NCBI GenBank assembly: GCA_964618145.1
Contig: CAZTZR010000003.1
Location: forward strand, 997 to 64,996
From: an uncultured Kofleriaceae bacterium
GTDB lineage: Bacteria; Myxococcota_A; Polyangia; HGW-17
Length of the DNA: 64,000 nucleotides
Direction: 5' to 3'
Under the pieces are notes generated by a model that saw only the letters and a list, made by a program, of their open reading frames with translations, made no database searches and had not been told where the DNA came from. The translations under genes and the position numbers were made by a program. This document shows, piece by piece, positions 38,000 to 50,932 of the stretch (its first letter is position 1; every line of letters starts with the position of its first letter).

Positions 38000-40900
38000 T
38001 CAGCGGGAAAGCTCTTCTCGCCGGGAGGCCGGAAGTCGTCTGAGTTGGGCATCCACCTCGGTGGGGTATCGCCTGCGCAGTTCTTCCAGTGCGCGGCGAC
38101 TGATGGTCAGGGATTCGTGCCGCAGGGCAGGCAGCAACCACTCAATGGGCAGGGATTCGGATTGCCGGGCACGGGTGAGCCCCATACTGACAGCCACCAT
38201 TTCCGGATTGGCCAGCAAATGTTTCACCATTTCCGGATGTCCGGTGTTTTTCGGGTGGCTCGCCAGGTCCAGAAGCAGGATGCGCTCACGAACGGATCCT
38301 TCATGGTCGAGGGGCAGTTCAAACGGCGAGAGAAGTTCCATGTAGTTGTCAAGATCCTCGAGCACCCCGGCACGGGTATCCGGCCATTTTTCTTCTGCGA
38401 GCATGCGTTCGAGAAGGGTCTTGTCCTGTACGATCAGAAGAACCCAGGCCCGGCGCCGGACAGAGGCATAAGGATGCCTTTTGAGCACTGCCATCCGTTC
38501 CACAAGGCGGGGGAACAGGTTGCGGCCCAGTTTTTCCGCCTCCCTGTCATCGCACAACTCCGAGAATCCGGACAGTGCCAACTCCGGTCCCCATGCGGAA
38601 AGAAGGTTTTCCAGTTCATTGGGAGTCATCAGGGCGAAATTCCCGGTTGAACCCTTGAGGAGGTCGGCAATTCCGGAAAGTTTCGGGCAAGGTGCACCGG
38701 TTACAAGAGGCAGATGCACATCGAGCCTCACCATCTCCAGATCCACATTTGCGGACAGTTCCAGAATCTGCTGCCAGGACCGATCCTGGGAAGAGCCGGT
38801 TCCAACCATGGTTTTTTCGAACAGGAGGTTCAACCACGGTTGTTGCAGGCCGGAGGAATACAGCCTCAGGCTGATGGGGGTTTCGTTCCATTTGCGAGGG
38901 CGGATACCGGCGGAAAAAAGCATTCCCTGGGCGAAATGGGCGCGTTTGTGGGCAGGAGCCCGCCAATACAGGCGGGCCAGGTTCCCCAGATGTTCCCGGC
39001 GTCCGGCGTACACCATCGCCTCTTCGATGGCCGTACGCATTTCGAAACTGGAAAAACGGGCCATCCAGTTGTCCAGCAATATGGTTTCCCGCTCGTTGGC
39101 GTGCAGTGCATAGGCCTGAACGCAGCGCGCACGCACCGAGGTGGGAAGCACGGTGTTTTCGATGACCGGCACCAGTGCGGTCCGGGAAACCCTTGCCAGG
39201 GTGAAACAGGCCAGAATCATGTGGTCATGATGGGCTGGAGCCTGCAGTATCCGTTCAAATTCGGGACTACGGGGAGCCAGCCGGGCCAGTCCCCAGAGGG
39301 CAAGAAGTTGGCCTGCAGCCGATTCCTGCATGGAGGCGAAAAACTGCAGGTCCGCCACTATGCTGCGGTCTCCGATGTGGGAAGCTATCATCAGGCTTTT
39401 CAGAATGAATTGCAGGTCCTGTCGGGAGAATGTTTCGGATCCTGCTTTTTGTGCGGCTTTCTTCCGGGCGGTTTCCACGTTCCGGCGTGCCATGCGGATG
39501 AGTGGAATGGCGGCGTTGGGGTTGCCCAGTTGCGCCAGCAGGTTCCTGGCACTTTCCATGTCAGCCGCATTGTCGGACGTCAGGCTTTCCAGAAGGGGTT
39601 TCAGTGCACGGGTGGCGACCCTTTCCAGTTCTTCCCGTGCGGTTTTTCGCTCCGCTGGATTTTTTGCGTTCCGGACGGTCCACGTCAACTGGGGCACATG
39701 GCGTCGGTACGTTTCAAGAAGCAGTCTGGAAAAGACAGGGCGATGGGCATAGGTAAAGGAAAGGGGATGCAGTACACGTTCGAGTTTCCCCAGGCTGGAG
39801 CGGATTTCCCCGAGTTCCAGTGCGAAACGGGCGGCGCGTTCCACCACCTCGTCCTCCGAGGAGCGGGCAATGATCTGGTGGTAGGTGAGGGATGCCTCGT
39901 CCAGAAGACCCAGTTGCTGTTGAAGGAAAGCCAACTGGAAATAGTAGCCCATTTCGTAGGGGTCCAGCCGGATGGCTTCCTGGAAGGACTTGATGGCTCC
40001 CTTGTAATCCTCCAGTTTCATCGCAAGTTCACCCGCCTTGGCCCAGGAGCGGGAATCCCTGGCGTCCTTTTCCAGGGCCATCTGGAGATACAGGCGGGCC
40101 TTTTCATCATCTCCCATGATGGCCCATGCTGCAGAAAGTTGTTCGTAGAAATCCTTGGCCCGGTGGGGGATCAATTGAACTGCTTCCTCCAGTGCGGTGA
40201 TGTATTCCCGGTATCGTCCCAGGGAATCATACAATCCGATGATGCCCAGCAGGGGCTCACTCAGGGAAGGCTGTTCCTTGCGCATTTTCTGGAAGAGTTC
40301 CAGTGCAGTCTCCCATCTTCCCAGCATCAGGAATCCTTCCGCCAGGAACATGCCACGATCAACCTGGTCCGGTTTCCAGAGGGCCAGTCGCCGGTTCATT
40401 TCGCGTTCCAGCGAGTTCAGTTCCACCCACAACTGCAGCAGTTGCTTGCGCGCCCTGCGTGCCATGACCACGTCCATCTGGGAGATGGCTTCCTCCAGCG
40501 TGGTTTCAAAGACCCTCTCGGCTTCCCTGAGCAACTGGTTCTTGATCTTGACGGTTCCCAGTTGAAACAGGTGACGCGTGTCCTTCGGCTTGAGTTTTAC
40601 TGCGGCGCGGGCCTGGGCGAGGCTTTCCTGGAGCCGGCCGACCTCAAGATAGGTCACGGAAAGCACATGATGGGCCTCGGCTGGATCTTCCATGATCCCG
40701 GGTTTCAGGATCCTTTCCCAGGTGCCCACGGCCTTCACCCTGTCGCCGCGTCCCCAGTATTGCTGTCCCAGGTTGACGTAATGTTCATGATCCAACGGTT
40801 CCAGTCTCACCAGGGTTTCCAGGATGCTGATCACCTTGGCTGGCTGGTTCCATTGTCCGTACAGATCCGAAAGTGCCAGAAGCACGGAGGCATCGTTGCG

Positions 40901-42076
40901 GAATTTGGCCAGAAGGGAATCTGCCAGCGCCAGGGCTTTTTTCTGCTGTCCCGCCCGTTCGTATCTTTTGGCAAGTTCCACGGCAAAGCGGGTCTGGGCG
41001 GGGGCGGCCCGCACAAGTGCTTCCTGTTCGGCGATGAGCATCTGTGGTTCGGCGCCACTCTTTTCCAGCAGGGAGATGAACTCCAGCCGGATGTCCACAT
41101 TGCCGGGTTCCTGCCGCAAGGCGGCACGGTACTGGGAAAAAGCGGCGTCGAATTCCCCCAGTTCCCCATGGATGGAAGCCAGAATCGTGGACTGGAAGGC
41201 ATTGGGGCGTGGCCAGCGTTTCCGGAATTCCCGAAGCAAAAGGGGCAATTCGTCACGACGTCGCGCGATGGAAACCATACGGCCGATCAGTTCGTTGCGC
41301 ACCCAGTGACCGGAAGCCGTCAGGGCGATGGTTTTCCAGTACAGTTCCACGGCCTCGGTGTCCTTGCCCATTCGCTCCAGAAGGACGCCGGTGGCTTTCA
41401 TGATGTCTATCCGCCGGTGGGTGTCGCCGGCGGACATGTTGAGCAGGGTCTTGTATTCGACCATGGCTTTTTCAAACTGCATGGCTTCCGTGAGCAATTC
41501 GGCGTAGTCACGGCGTGTCTGGAAATCCGCGGGCCGCAACTTGATGAGGCTGTCGAAATACCGGGCGCCTCCTTCCAGATCGCCACCCAGGATGGAAATC
41601 CGGACCAGTTCCCGAAGCATGCGTTCCCGGATGGCGGCGCCGGTTACCCGTTCCAGCGCCTGATCCAGGTACCCCCGGGCTTCGGGGTAAAGGCGTTTCC
41701 GGATGTGCAATTCCCCCATGAGTTTGTGGGCTTCATAGCGTTTGTCATCCGTTTTCAGTGCAGTCTGCAGATGGGTCAGGCTCTCGTCCAGGCGATCAAT
41801 CCGCAGGTAGAGTTTTCCCAGAATGGCATTGGCCTGATAGTGTTCGGGATTTTTCTTGAGGATGGCACGGTATTCCAGGATCAGCCGGTCCATGGAACTG
41901 TGATTCTGATACAAGAGGACCAGTTTCCGGAAGGCGAAGTCGTCATCCGGATTGGAAAGGAGCATTCCCTTGTACCGTTCGATCATGGCGGGATTGAATT
42001 CATCCCGCTTCACCTTCCATGCATGGGCAGGCAGGGAAAAGGACAACCAGCACATAATCCACAGAAGATGTTTCAT
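38000..42076 (-). CDS. Giant secreted TPR-repeat protein (1358 aa)
   Basis: Signal peptide MKHLLWIMCWLSFSLPAHA. Dozens of TPR-like helical repeats (AxxxYxxALxxxP). Confidence 0.85.
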   Translation of the reverse strand: MKHLLWIMCWLSFSLPAHAWKVKRDEFNPAMIERYKGMLLSNPDDDFAFRKLVLLYQNHSSMDRLILEYRAILKKNPEHYQANAILGKLYLRIDRLDESLTHLQTALKTDDKRYEAHKLMGELHIRKRLYPEARGYLDQALERVTGAAIRERMLRELVRISILGGDLEGGARYFDSLIKLRPADFQTRRDYAELLTEAMQFEKAMVEYKTLLNMSAGDTHRRIDIMKATGVLLERMGKDTEAVELYWKTIALTASGHWVRNELIGRMVSIARRRDELPLLLREFRKRWPRPNAFQSTILASIHGELGEFDAAFSQYRAALRQEPGNVDIRLEFISLLEKSGAEPQMLIAEQEALVRAAPAQTRFAVELAKRYERAGQQKKALALADSLLAKFRNDASVLLALSDLYGQWNQPAKVISILETLVRLEPLDHEHYVNLGQQYWGRGDRVKAVGTWERILKPGIMEDPAEAHHVLSVTYLEVGRLQESLAQARAAVKLKPKDTRHLFQLGTVKIKNQLLREAERVFETTLEEAISQMDVVMARRARKQLLQLWVELNSLEREMNRRLALWKPDQVDRGMFLAEGFLMLGRWETALELFQKMRKEQPSLSEPLLGIIGLYDSLGRYREYITALEEAVQLIPHRAKDFYEQLSAAWAIMGDDEKARLYLQMALEKDARDSRSWAKAGELAMKLEDYKGAIKSFQEAIRLDPYEMGYYFQLAFLQQQLGLLDEASLTYHQIIARSSEDEVVERAARFALELGEIRSSLGKLERVLHPLSFTYAHRPVFSRLLLETYRRHVPQLTWTVRNAKNPAERKTAREELERVATRALKPLLESLTSDNAADMESARNLLAQLGNPNAAIPLIRMARRNVETARKKAAQKAGSETFSRQDLQFILKSLMIASHIGDRSIVADLQFFASMQESAAGQLLALWGLARLAPRSPEFERILQAPAHHDHMILACFTLARVSRTALVPVIENTVLPTSVRARCVQAYALHANERETILLDNWMARFSSFEMRTAIEEAMVYAGRREHLGNLARLYWRAPAHKRAHFAQGMLFSAGIRPRKWNETPISLRLYSSGLQQPWLNLLFEKTMVGTGSSQDRSWQQILELSANVDLEMVRLDVHLPLVTGAPCPKLSGIADLLKGSTGNFALMTPNELENLLSAWGPELALSGFSELCDDREAEKLGRNLFPRLVERMAVLKRHPYASVRRRAWVLLIVQDKTLLERMLAEEKWPDTRAGVLEDLDNYMELLSPFELPLDHEGSVRERILLLDLASHPKNTGHPEMVKHLLANPEMVAVSMGLTRARQSESLPIEWLLPALRHESLTISRRALEELRRRYPTEVDAQLRRLPASRREELSR

Positions 42077-42082
42077 GGTCCG

Positions 42083-43081
42083 TCATTCCTCACGGGCGGG
42101 GGGAAGAACTTCCAGAATGCGCGAAAGATTTTTCGCCACGTGTTCCTGACAGGAAAAAACTTCCCTTTTCACGGAATCCATGAATCCTGCGGGTTTGCGG
42201 TGTGCTGCGCAGTCATTTTCCATGTCCCGGGCAGAATCGGTCATCCGTTGACCAATGGTCCGGTAGAGAAAATGTGACAATCCGCGGGCTTCCCTGGATT
42301 CGTTCTGGAAATGAATCATGGCTTTGTGTAGATATTCCATGGCATCCTTGTTCCGCTGGGCCTGCCATGCGGTGGCGGATTCATTCACAAAGTGCCGGAT
42401 GCGGTCCCGTTGTTTCAGGAATTCGCGTTTTTGTTCGCTTTCGTGCAACCGCTGTTGCAACTGCTCCCGAACCGCCCTGGATTCGTTGAGTTCCTGATCC
42501 AGCCTGGCGACTTCCTTTTTGAAGCGCACGATTTCGGTTTGCCTGTCCTTGAGTCGGCTTTCCAGATCCGATCGGCCCCATCGCCCACCGATATAGCCGA
42601 TGAAAAACAGCAGGATGCCCGTCAGGACCAGCGCAACTCGATGTCCCCATGTGGTGGAAAGAATTTTCTTGATGACCACCCACAGATCCGATGGTTTCGG
42701 TTCTGGTGGTCCTGATGGGGTTTGCGATGAAGCCAGGGCTGATTCACGCATCATGTCCCTGGTTTTCTCCGGGTCCGGTGTGGGTTCGGGCCCGGGAGTG
42801 GGTTGTGGCTCGGGCCCGGGAGTGGGTTGTGGCTCGGGTTCGGGAGTGGGTTGTGGCTCGGGTTCGGGAGTGGGTTGTGGCTCGGGTTCGGGTTTCGAGC
42901 CGGTCCCTGGCGGTGCCGGTGCCGGGGGCTCCAGTTCCAGAACCGGTTCCGGAGGGTCCGCGCCTGGGTTTTCCTGCACAACGGGTATCTCCGGTTGGGT
43001 GTTCAGTGCCAACAACCGCGGGTCCGGTCCCGGTAGGGGCGCCGGGGAGGGACTTTCGGAAGGGTTTTTTTTTGTGTTCAT
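42083..43081 (-). CDS. Membrane-anchored protein with Pro-rich PEPEPQPT tandem repeats and coiled-coil domain
   Basis: (PEPEPQPT)x4-5, TM VALVLTGILLFFIGYIGG, then a Glu/Arg-rich coiled coil. Confidence 0.7.
   Translation of the reverse strand: MNTKKNPSESPSPAPLPGPDPRLLALNTQPEIPVVQENPGADPPEPVLELEPPAPAPPGTGSKPEPEPQPTPEPEPQPTPEPEPQPTPGPEPQPTPGPEPTPDPEKTRDMMRESALASSQTPSGPPEPKPSDLWVVIKKILSTTWGHRVALVLTGILLFFIGYIGGRWGRSDLESRLKDRQTEIVRFKKEVARLDQELNESRAVREQLQQRLHESEQKREFLKQRDRIRHFVNESATAWQAQRNKDAMEYLHKAMIHFQNESREARGLSHFLYRTIGQRMTDSARDMENDCAAHRKPAGFMDSVKREVFSCQEHVAKNLSRILEVLPPAREE
42775..42905. repeat. About 30-bp tandem repeat (gggttcgggagtgggttgtggctc)n, 4-5 copies, coding for PEPEPQPT
   Basis: Direct reading of 42781-42900. 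Confidence 0.8.
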
Positions 43082-43105
43082 TTAAATATCCCTCAAGTTG
43101 CCGTT

Positions 43106-43891
43106 TCATGGCCGGATCCCGATGACACCCAGATGCAGGCCGTTGGGCCAGCCATCGCGGCGGTAGGAATAGAAAAGATCGTTTCGGCAGAAGGTGCAAC
43201 CGGAAAATTCGGGATGATGCACCATGCAAACGCCGGACCGTAAAAGTTCATCCTTTGCCATGGTTGGCAAATCTGCCAGGATCCGGCCTTGACAGACAGA
43301 CACGTGTTTCGGGTGGTCCTGCTGCATGCGTTCGGCCACCTCGGGTCCGATTTCGAAACAGCAGGAACCGATTCCGGGACCCACTGCCGCCCAGACATCC
43401 TCCGGTTTGCAACCCGCCTTCTGACAGAGGGTTTCCAGTCCGAACCGGCAGATGCCGTCCACCAGTCCACGCCATCCCGCATGAAGTGCAGCCACCACGG
43501 ACCCGTCGGGGGCAGCCAGAAGTACGGGAAGGCAGTCCGCAGTTGTCACACCGATGGCCCGGCCGGGAACCGAGGTGATCAGTCCATCGGCTTCTTCGGC
43601 CAGCACCTCTTCCGGGGTCAGGTGGTCCACATCCAGGATCCCCACGCCATGCACCTGTTCCGCCGTGTAGATTACGGTTTCAGGAAAACCCATTGCATGC
43701 AGGAGAAGCCGCCGGTTTTCCAGGACGTTTTCCAGGTTGTCCCCCTTTTTCCAGTGCATGTTCCCCGATGCATACACGCCTTTGGACACTCCCCCTGTTC
43801 GCGTGGAAAATCCATGGGCGATACGGGGAGGGCATCGGTCTGCCGAGAGGAGGATTGAATGATGACTGCTCAATGTAGCTCCTTCATGCAA
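43106..43891 (-). CDS. pgeF: Purine nucleoside phosphorylase / peptidoglycan editing factor YfiH/PgeF (DUF152 laccase-like)
   Basis: HAGWRG motif and conserved Cys/His pattern of the YfiH family. Confidence 0.85.
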   Translation of the reverse strand: MHEGATLSSHHSILLSADRCPPRIAHGFSTRTGGVSKGVYASGNMHWKKGDNLENVLENRRLLLHAMGFPETVIYTAEQVHGVGILDVDHLTPEEVLAEEADGLITSVPGRAIGVTTADCLPVLLAAPDGSVVAALHAGWRGLVDGICRFGLETLCQKAGCKPEDVWAAVGPGIGSCCFEIGPEVAERMQQDHPKHVSVCQGRILADLPTMAKDELLRSGVCMVHHPEFSGCTFCRNDLFYSYRRDGWPNGLHLGVIGIRP

Positions 43892-43949
43892 ATGGAAACA
43901 TACAGGAAAGGCGGGACGGGTTCAACTCTGAACGGGCAGGACCCTTGAA

Positions 43950-44579
43950 TCATGGGCGGATTTCATCATAATGCAACAGGGCATCCATGACATTCCGTAC
44001 CATGGCGTCGGAAGTCCAGGTAGCCCCTGAAACCACATCCACCCCCAGACTCTGATACAGCGCCTGACAACCGGGGCTGCAATTCTGGTTGTACCCGGGC
44101 AAAAGCGTGAAACTTTCATAGGACCTGCCTGAAAACTGGGTGAAGAAAGACAGGGGAATCATGCTCCACCAACTTTCGCGCTGGTCAATGGTTTCCAGCC
44201 CCACAGCCACCTCGTCCCGGGAAATTCCCAGCATTGTCGTAATCAAACCGTTGAATCCGTAATGGGTTTTTACCAGTGCGTATCCGAGGACTTCCTGGTT
44301 GTCATCGCGCAGTATCCAGTAGTTTCCCGAGGCGCTGGAGTCTTCAGTGGGAGTGGTCCGGGGAAACAACTGGGAGAGTGCCTGGTTTTCGGTCTTGTTC
44401 CGGTTGGCCGGGATGACTTCAACGTTGTTGATATTGTTGGTATTGTTGATGTTATTAATGTTGTTGATGTTGTTGATGTTATTGATGTTATTGATGTTAT
44501 TGACCGGATCTGACTTCGGATCCGCCGGGCAACCTGTGAGGGTCAGTGCCATACACCCGACCAATATCATTTTCATCAT
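43950..44579 (-). CDS. FMN-binding-domain lipoprotein with poly-Asn linker
   Basis: Start MMKMILVGCMALTLTGC (lipobox). Linker NNINNINNINNINNINNINNTNNINN. FMN_bind motif VDVVSGATWTSDAMVRNV. Confidence 0.75.
   Translation of the reverse strand: MMKMILVGCMALTLTGCPADPKSDPVNNINNINNINNINNINNINNTNNINNVEVIPANRNKTENQALSQLFPRTTPTEDSSASGNYWILRDDNQEVLGYALVKTHYGFNGLITTMLGISRDEVAVGLETIDQRESWWSMIPLSFFTQFSGRSYESFTLLPGYNQNCSPGCQALYQSLGVDVVSGATWTSDAMVRNVMDALLHYDEIRP
44395..44510. repeat. (GTT GAT RTT)n coding microsatellite (NNI linker, minus-strand gene)
   Basis: gttgttgatattgttggtattgttgatgttattaatgttgttgatgtt... Confidence 0.7.
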
Positions 44580-44861
44580 TGGTTCATCTCCTGGACTTCG
44601 GCAAAAAGAATCACCGAACGGGGGACATATTACTGCAAACCCGCGTTTGTTCAAGGGAGAGCATGAATTTTTCCGACGGATTTGAAAAGCACGGTACCGG
44701 TTTGGATTCAAATGAATTATCCACAGTTCGCGTTTGACAATTTCCCGTAATCGGGTAAACAGTTGCATCCTGCCTTCTGTTTTCTTTCATTCCGGAAGTC
44801 AGCAGATGGTCGCACTTTGCTTGTTATAATGGTTCAGGTTGTTCTTGAAAGGAGATTGTTC

Positions 44862-47075
44862 ATGCGGAAATTGTTTGCGATATTATTAACTATGGCTGTT
44901 TTTGCCCTGGTTGTCGGATGTGACGATGGTGGCAAAAAGAAAAAAGTCAACACCACCTGTGGCGACGGTGTTCGTGAAGGAACGGAAGTTTGCGACGACC
45001 TCGATCTGGGCGATGCGGACTGTGTTTCACAGGGTTTCTCTGGCGGTGTGCTGGGTTGCCTGGCGGATTGCACCGGGTTTGACACCACAGCCTGCACCAA
45101 CACGACCAACAACACCACTCCCGGACATGTGGGGGACCCCTGCATGCTGGATGAACAGTGCATCACTGACATGGGGAGCTGTTATGCCGAAGTCGGATAT
45201 GGCATGCCTTCGGGATACTGCGTATCCGATTGCACCGGTGAGGGGGGATGTTACGAAGAAAACAACATGTGTGTTTCCGCCGGGGGTGTCTCTTTTTGTG
45301 CCAGAACCTGTGATCTGGAACTCAATGACTGTCGTACGGGATACCAGTGCTACAACATCGGAGAGCCGGTGGGTGTTTGCTGGCCGAAATGCACGACCGG
45401 TGATCACTGCACGGTGACCGGCATCTGCGATGACGAGAGTGGTTTTTGCATGACGCCCCCCGAGGTTTGCGACGATGAAATCGACAACGATTTCGATGGT
45501 CTGGTGGACTGCGAGGATCCCGATTGCGATGCCATGCCTGCCTGCGGTTGCCCCGAGGATGAATACAACAATCATTCCGGTCCCACCGCCCACACCATGG
45601 ATCTCTCCTCGATTCCGGCCAACCTGTCTGGACACATCTGCGGACCGGCCCATGAAGACTGGTTCCGGCTTTCCCCGGCCACGTCCTTTGCCGGCATCGT
45701 CCGTCTGAATTTCACCCATTCCAACGGAGATCTGGATCTGGTCCTGACGGACAGCAACTTTGATGTGATTGGATATTCCTATAGCGTTACGGACGTGGAA
45801 CAGATCAATTACGACTTCGTGGGTGGTTCCACCTACTACGTCATCATTGAAGGATACGCCGGCGCCACCGGGGATTATGAACTCACCGTGGAATACGCCC
45901 CCGCCCGCATTGATGCCGACATCGTGGCCGTACCTTCCGCCGGAACCCCCGGCGGTTCCGTGGCCCTGCAGGTGACCCTGACCAACACCGGTGGTCTGGA
46001 TGCTTCCACCGTGGCGGCCACCCTGACTTCGGCAGATTCCTCCGTGACCATCACCGACGGTGCCGCCTCCTTTGGCGACATTGTCCCGGGCGCCAACGCT
46101 TCCAATGGCACCGATGCCCTGACCTTTGACATTTCGGCCGAACACAAGAACAACCAGCCCGTGGCCCTGACCCTGACCGTGACGGCAGCCGGCGGTGGCG
46201 AGTGGACCTTCCCGGTGGCCGTACCGGTTCCCTTCCCCGTGCTCAAGACCCATAATCTGGTCATCAACGACGCCACCGGCAATGACGATGGTTATGCGGA
46301 TCCAGGCGAAGACACCTTCCTGGAGTTCCATGTCATCAATGATGGCGCCCTGGTGGCTTCCGGTCCCATCACGGTTCTGGTGGAAATCCACGAAGAATCC
46401 ACAGTCGGGGGAATCCTCGTGGTGCCCCCCGCCAATACCGTCTGTTCCGTGGATCCCCTCGCTGCAGGAGCCCATGCGGCCTGTGAACCATGGGGACTGA
46501 ACATTCCCGAAAACGCCGTGGACGGGGACATTGCCGTGGTGGTGTTCCGCTACACGGACGGCGATGGAAACGAATGGTCCGAAATCCGGAACATCCAGGT
46601 GGGACCCGCCACCTACATGTCCCTGCTGACCCAACCCGATCCCCAGGGGGACAACGGTTCCTATGCCTGCGATCTGAAAGATCTCCTGGCCTATGTGGAT
46701 GCCGCCGGCATCATGCACATCAAGACCGAGTTCCATTCCGCCTGCAACCTGACGGGTATTCATGACATTTACATGCATGATGGCAGCAATTACATCACCC
46801 TGACCCTGGAAAACAATGCCCGGTCCATCTGGTCGCGGCACACCGGTTCCTGGACGCAGGTGGGCAATCCGGCGTCCTTTGTCATCAATCCGTTGTCCGG
46901 TTCCACTTCTGAACTGGAATACCACATTGCCGTGGCCGACATTCCCCACATGAATCTGGCCTCGAATTCCGTCCAGATGTATGCGGCAGTGATCCCCGAC
47001 TGGAACGAGTGGGACTACACCGATTATGCGCCCGATTCGGAAGGCGACATGCCTTGGGTGAATTTATCCTGGTAA
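44862..47075 (+). CDS. Large lipoprotein with Myxococcus-type Cys-rich repeats (CGDGxxxxxExCDD), PPC-like domain and CARDB-like domains
   Basis: MRKLFAILLTMAVFALVVGC lipobox with GGAGA SD. CGDGVREGTEVCDDLDLGDADC repeat. GDYELTVEY PPC motif. NTTNNTT stretch. Confidence 0.8.
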   Translation: MRKLFAILLTMAVFALVVGCDDGGKKKKVNTTCGDGVREGTEVCDDLDLGDADCVSQGFSGGVLGCLADCTGFDTTACTNTTNNTTPGHVGDPCMLDEQCITDMGSCYAEVGYGMPSGYCVSDCTGEGGCYEENNMCVSAGGVSFCARTCDLELNDCRTGYQCYNIGEPVGVCWPKCTTGDHCTVTGICDDESGFCMTPPEVCDDEIDNDFDGLVDCEDPDCDAMPACGCPEDEYNNHSGPTAHTMDLSSIPANLSGHICGPAHEDWFRLSPATSFAGIVRLNFTHSNGDLDLVLTDSNFDVIGYSYSVTDVEQINYDFVGGSTYYVIIEGYAGATGDYELTVEYAPARIDADIVAVPSAGTPGGSVALQVTLTNTGGLDASTVAATLTSADSSVTITDGAASFGDIVPGANASNGTDALTFDISAEHKNNQPVALTLTVTAAGGGEWTFPVAVPVPFPVLKTHNLVINDATGNDDGYADPGEDTFLEFHVINDGALVASGPITVLVEIHEESTVGGILVVPPANTVCSVDPLAAGAHAACEPWGLNIPENAVDGDIAVVVFRYTDGDGNEWSEIRNIQVGPATYMSLLTQPDPQGDNGSYACDLKDLLAYVDAAGIMHIKTEFHSACNLTGIHDIYMHDGSNYITLTLENNARSIWSRHTGSWTQVGNPASFVINPLSGSTSELEYHIAVADIPHMNLASNSVQMYAAVIPDWNEWDYTDYAPDSEGDMPWVNLSW

Positions 47076-47087
47076 TCCAGTAATCCG

Positions 47088-47120
47088 GGGCCGTCCCCTG
47101 TTTCGGGCGGCCCCTTTTTC
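47088..47120 (+). terminator. Rho-independent terminator after the lipoprotein gene
   Basis: ggggccgtccc-ctgtttc-gggcggcccc hairpin followed by ttttt. Confidence 0.7.
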
Positions 47121-47146
47121 CCATTTCCCTTTTCACGGAAGCATTC

Positions 47147-47512
47147 ATGAGCACCCAACCTTCCAAGGAACTGAAGACTTTTCCCAATCCCCGCCCCGGG
47201 CGGGAATACTCCATCGAGATCGAAACCGATGAGTTCACGGCACTGTGTCCCATGACCGGGCAACCGGACTTTGCCACCATCCACATTACTTACGTGCCGG
47301 ACCAGTTGTGTGTGGAACTCAAGTCCCTGAAACTCTATCTGTGGAGCTTCCGGCAGGAAGGTGCCTTTCACGAGGATCTGACCAACCGGATCCACGATGA
47401 TCTGGTCCAGGAGCTTTCCCCGCGATCCATTACTGTCCGGGGGGATTTCAACATCCGGGGCGGCCTGCATACCCAGGTCACGGTGCATTCGGACAAGAAC
47501 AATCCCCAATAG
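47147..47512 (+). CDS. queF: NADPH-dependent 7-cyano-7-deazaguanine (preQ0) reductase, type I
   Basis: [23 protein letters not shown] with the catalytic Cys; [12 protein letters not shown] motif; 121 aa. Confidence 0.9.
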   Translation: MSTQPSKELKTFPNPRPGREYSIEIETDEFTALCPMTGQPDFATIHITYVPDQLCVELKSLKLYLWSFRQEGAFHEDLTNRIHDDLVQELSPRSITVRGDFNIRGGLHTQVTVHSDKNNPQ

Positions 47513-47604
47513 TTGATTCACATCAAACAAAAATTGGGGTGATTTTTTTCTGAACGGGAGTATATTCTCCTTGGTCCCGGCGATTTCCGGTAGGGAGAAA
47601 CATC

Positions 47605-48219
47605 ATGAATCCAATCAATGGCGGAAAAACACCCCATGACATGACACGAACCATCGAACATTGCATGCGTGTGCTGGACCGGCAGGCTTCCGGTCCACGG
47701 GTGCCGGTATGGATGCAGGCCACCCTGGTCAGTGCGGGCCTTGTATTCTCTGGCGCCTGCAGGGAAAAGACAGACTCATCCCCGTCTGCCTCCGGGCCGG
47801 CGGCGCAGGAGTCTGCGGAATCCGCCAGTCCGGAACTGCCGGCTTACGCATCACCTCCCACAGAAAAGCCCGAAGTGCCGCCCGAACACGGACCGGACCC
47901 GACCGAAGGTGATCCCCCGGATCAGGACCCGGCACCGGCGCCGGAACCCGTCATGCCGGAATCTGGCCAGCCGGAACCTGAAAAGGACAAAGTGCCCGGG
48001 AAAAAGACCACTTCCCCGCTGGTGATTGAAATGGGTTACGGTACCCCTGGAGACATGATTCCCGGTCCGATCGGAGCCTACGGTGCACCCCCAGCGCTGC
48101 GGGAAACTCCAAGGGTAAGGGATTCGAGGGCTGTACCGGCTTATGGGGGTCCACCCATGGCCATGCCAGAAGTGCCCGAAGGGATGTCCGCACAAACTCC
48201 CCGACTGGAAATCAAGTGA
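47605..48219 (+). CDS. Pro/Glu-rich low-complexity putative lipoprotein
   Basis: LVSAGLVFSGAC lipobox-like segment, then a PEPE-rich region. A minus-strand alternative ORF exists. Confidence 0.35.
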   Translation: MNPINGGKTPHDMTRTIEHCMRVLDRQASGPRVPVWMQATLVSAGLVFSGACREKTDSSPSASGPAAQESAESASPELPAYASPPTEKPEVPPEHGPDPTEGDPPDQDPAPAPEPVMPESGQPEPEKDKVPGKKTTSPLVIEMGYGTPGDMIPGPIGAYGAPPALRETPRVRDSRAVPAYGGPPMAMPEVPEGMSAQTPRLEIK

Positions 48220-48265
48220 ACCTTGCAGATTGCGATGCCAATGGGGAAACCGGAGGTGTTCGGGG

Positions 48266-50924
<2,659 letters not shown>

Positions 50925-50932
<8 letters not shown>

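Noticed and set aside
38714-42277. 1187-aa plus-strand ORF
   Set aside because: Antisense to the 1358-aa TPR protein, which has a signal peptide and coherent TPR repeats. Low-complexity G/Q/F/H composition.
45027-46949. 640-aa minus-strand ORF
   Set aside because: Antisense to the Cys-rich/PPC/CARDB lipoprotein; Gly/His/Val-rich artefact.
47080-47146. Searched for a preQ1 riboswitch upstream of queF
   Set aside because: The 5' region is occupied by the upstream gene's terminator hairpin. No preQ1-I/II-like aptamer (short stem plus CCC/A-rich tail) recognisable.
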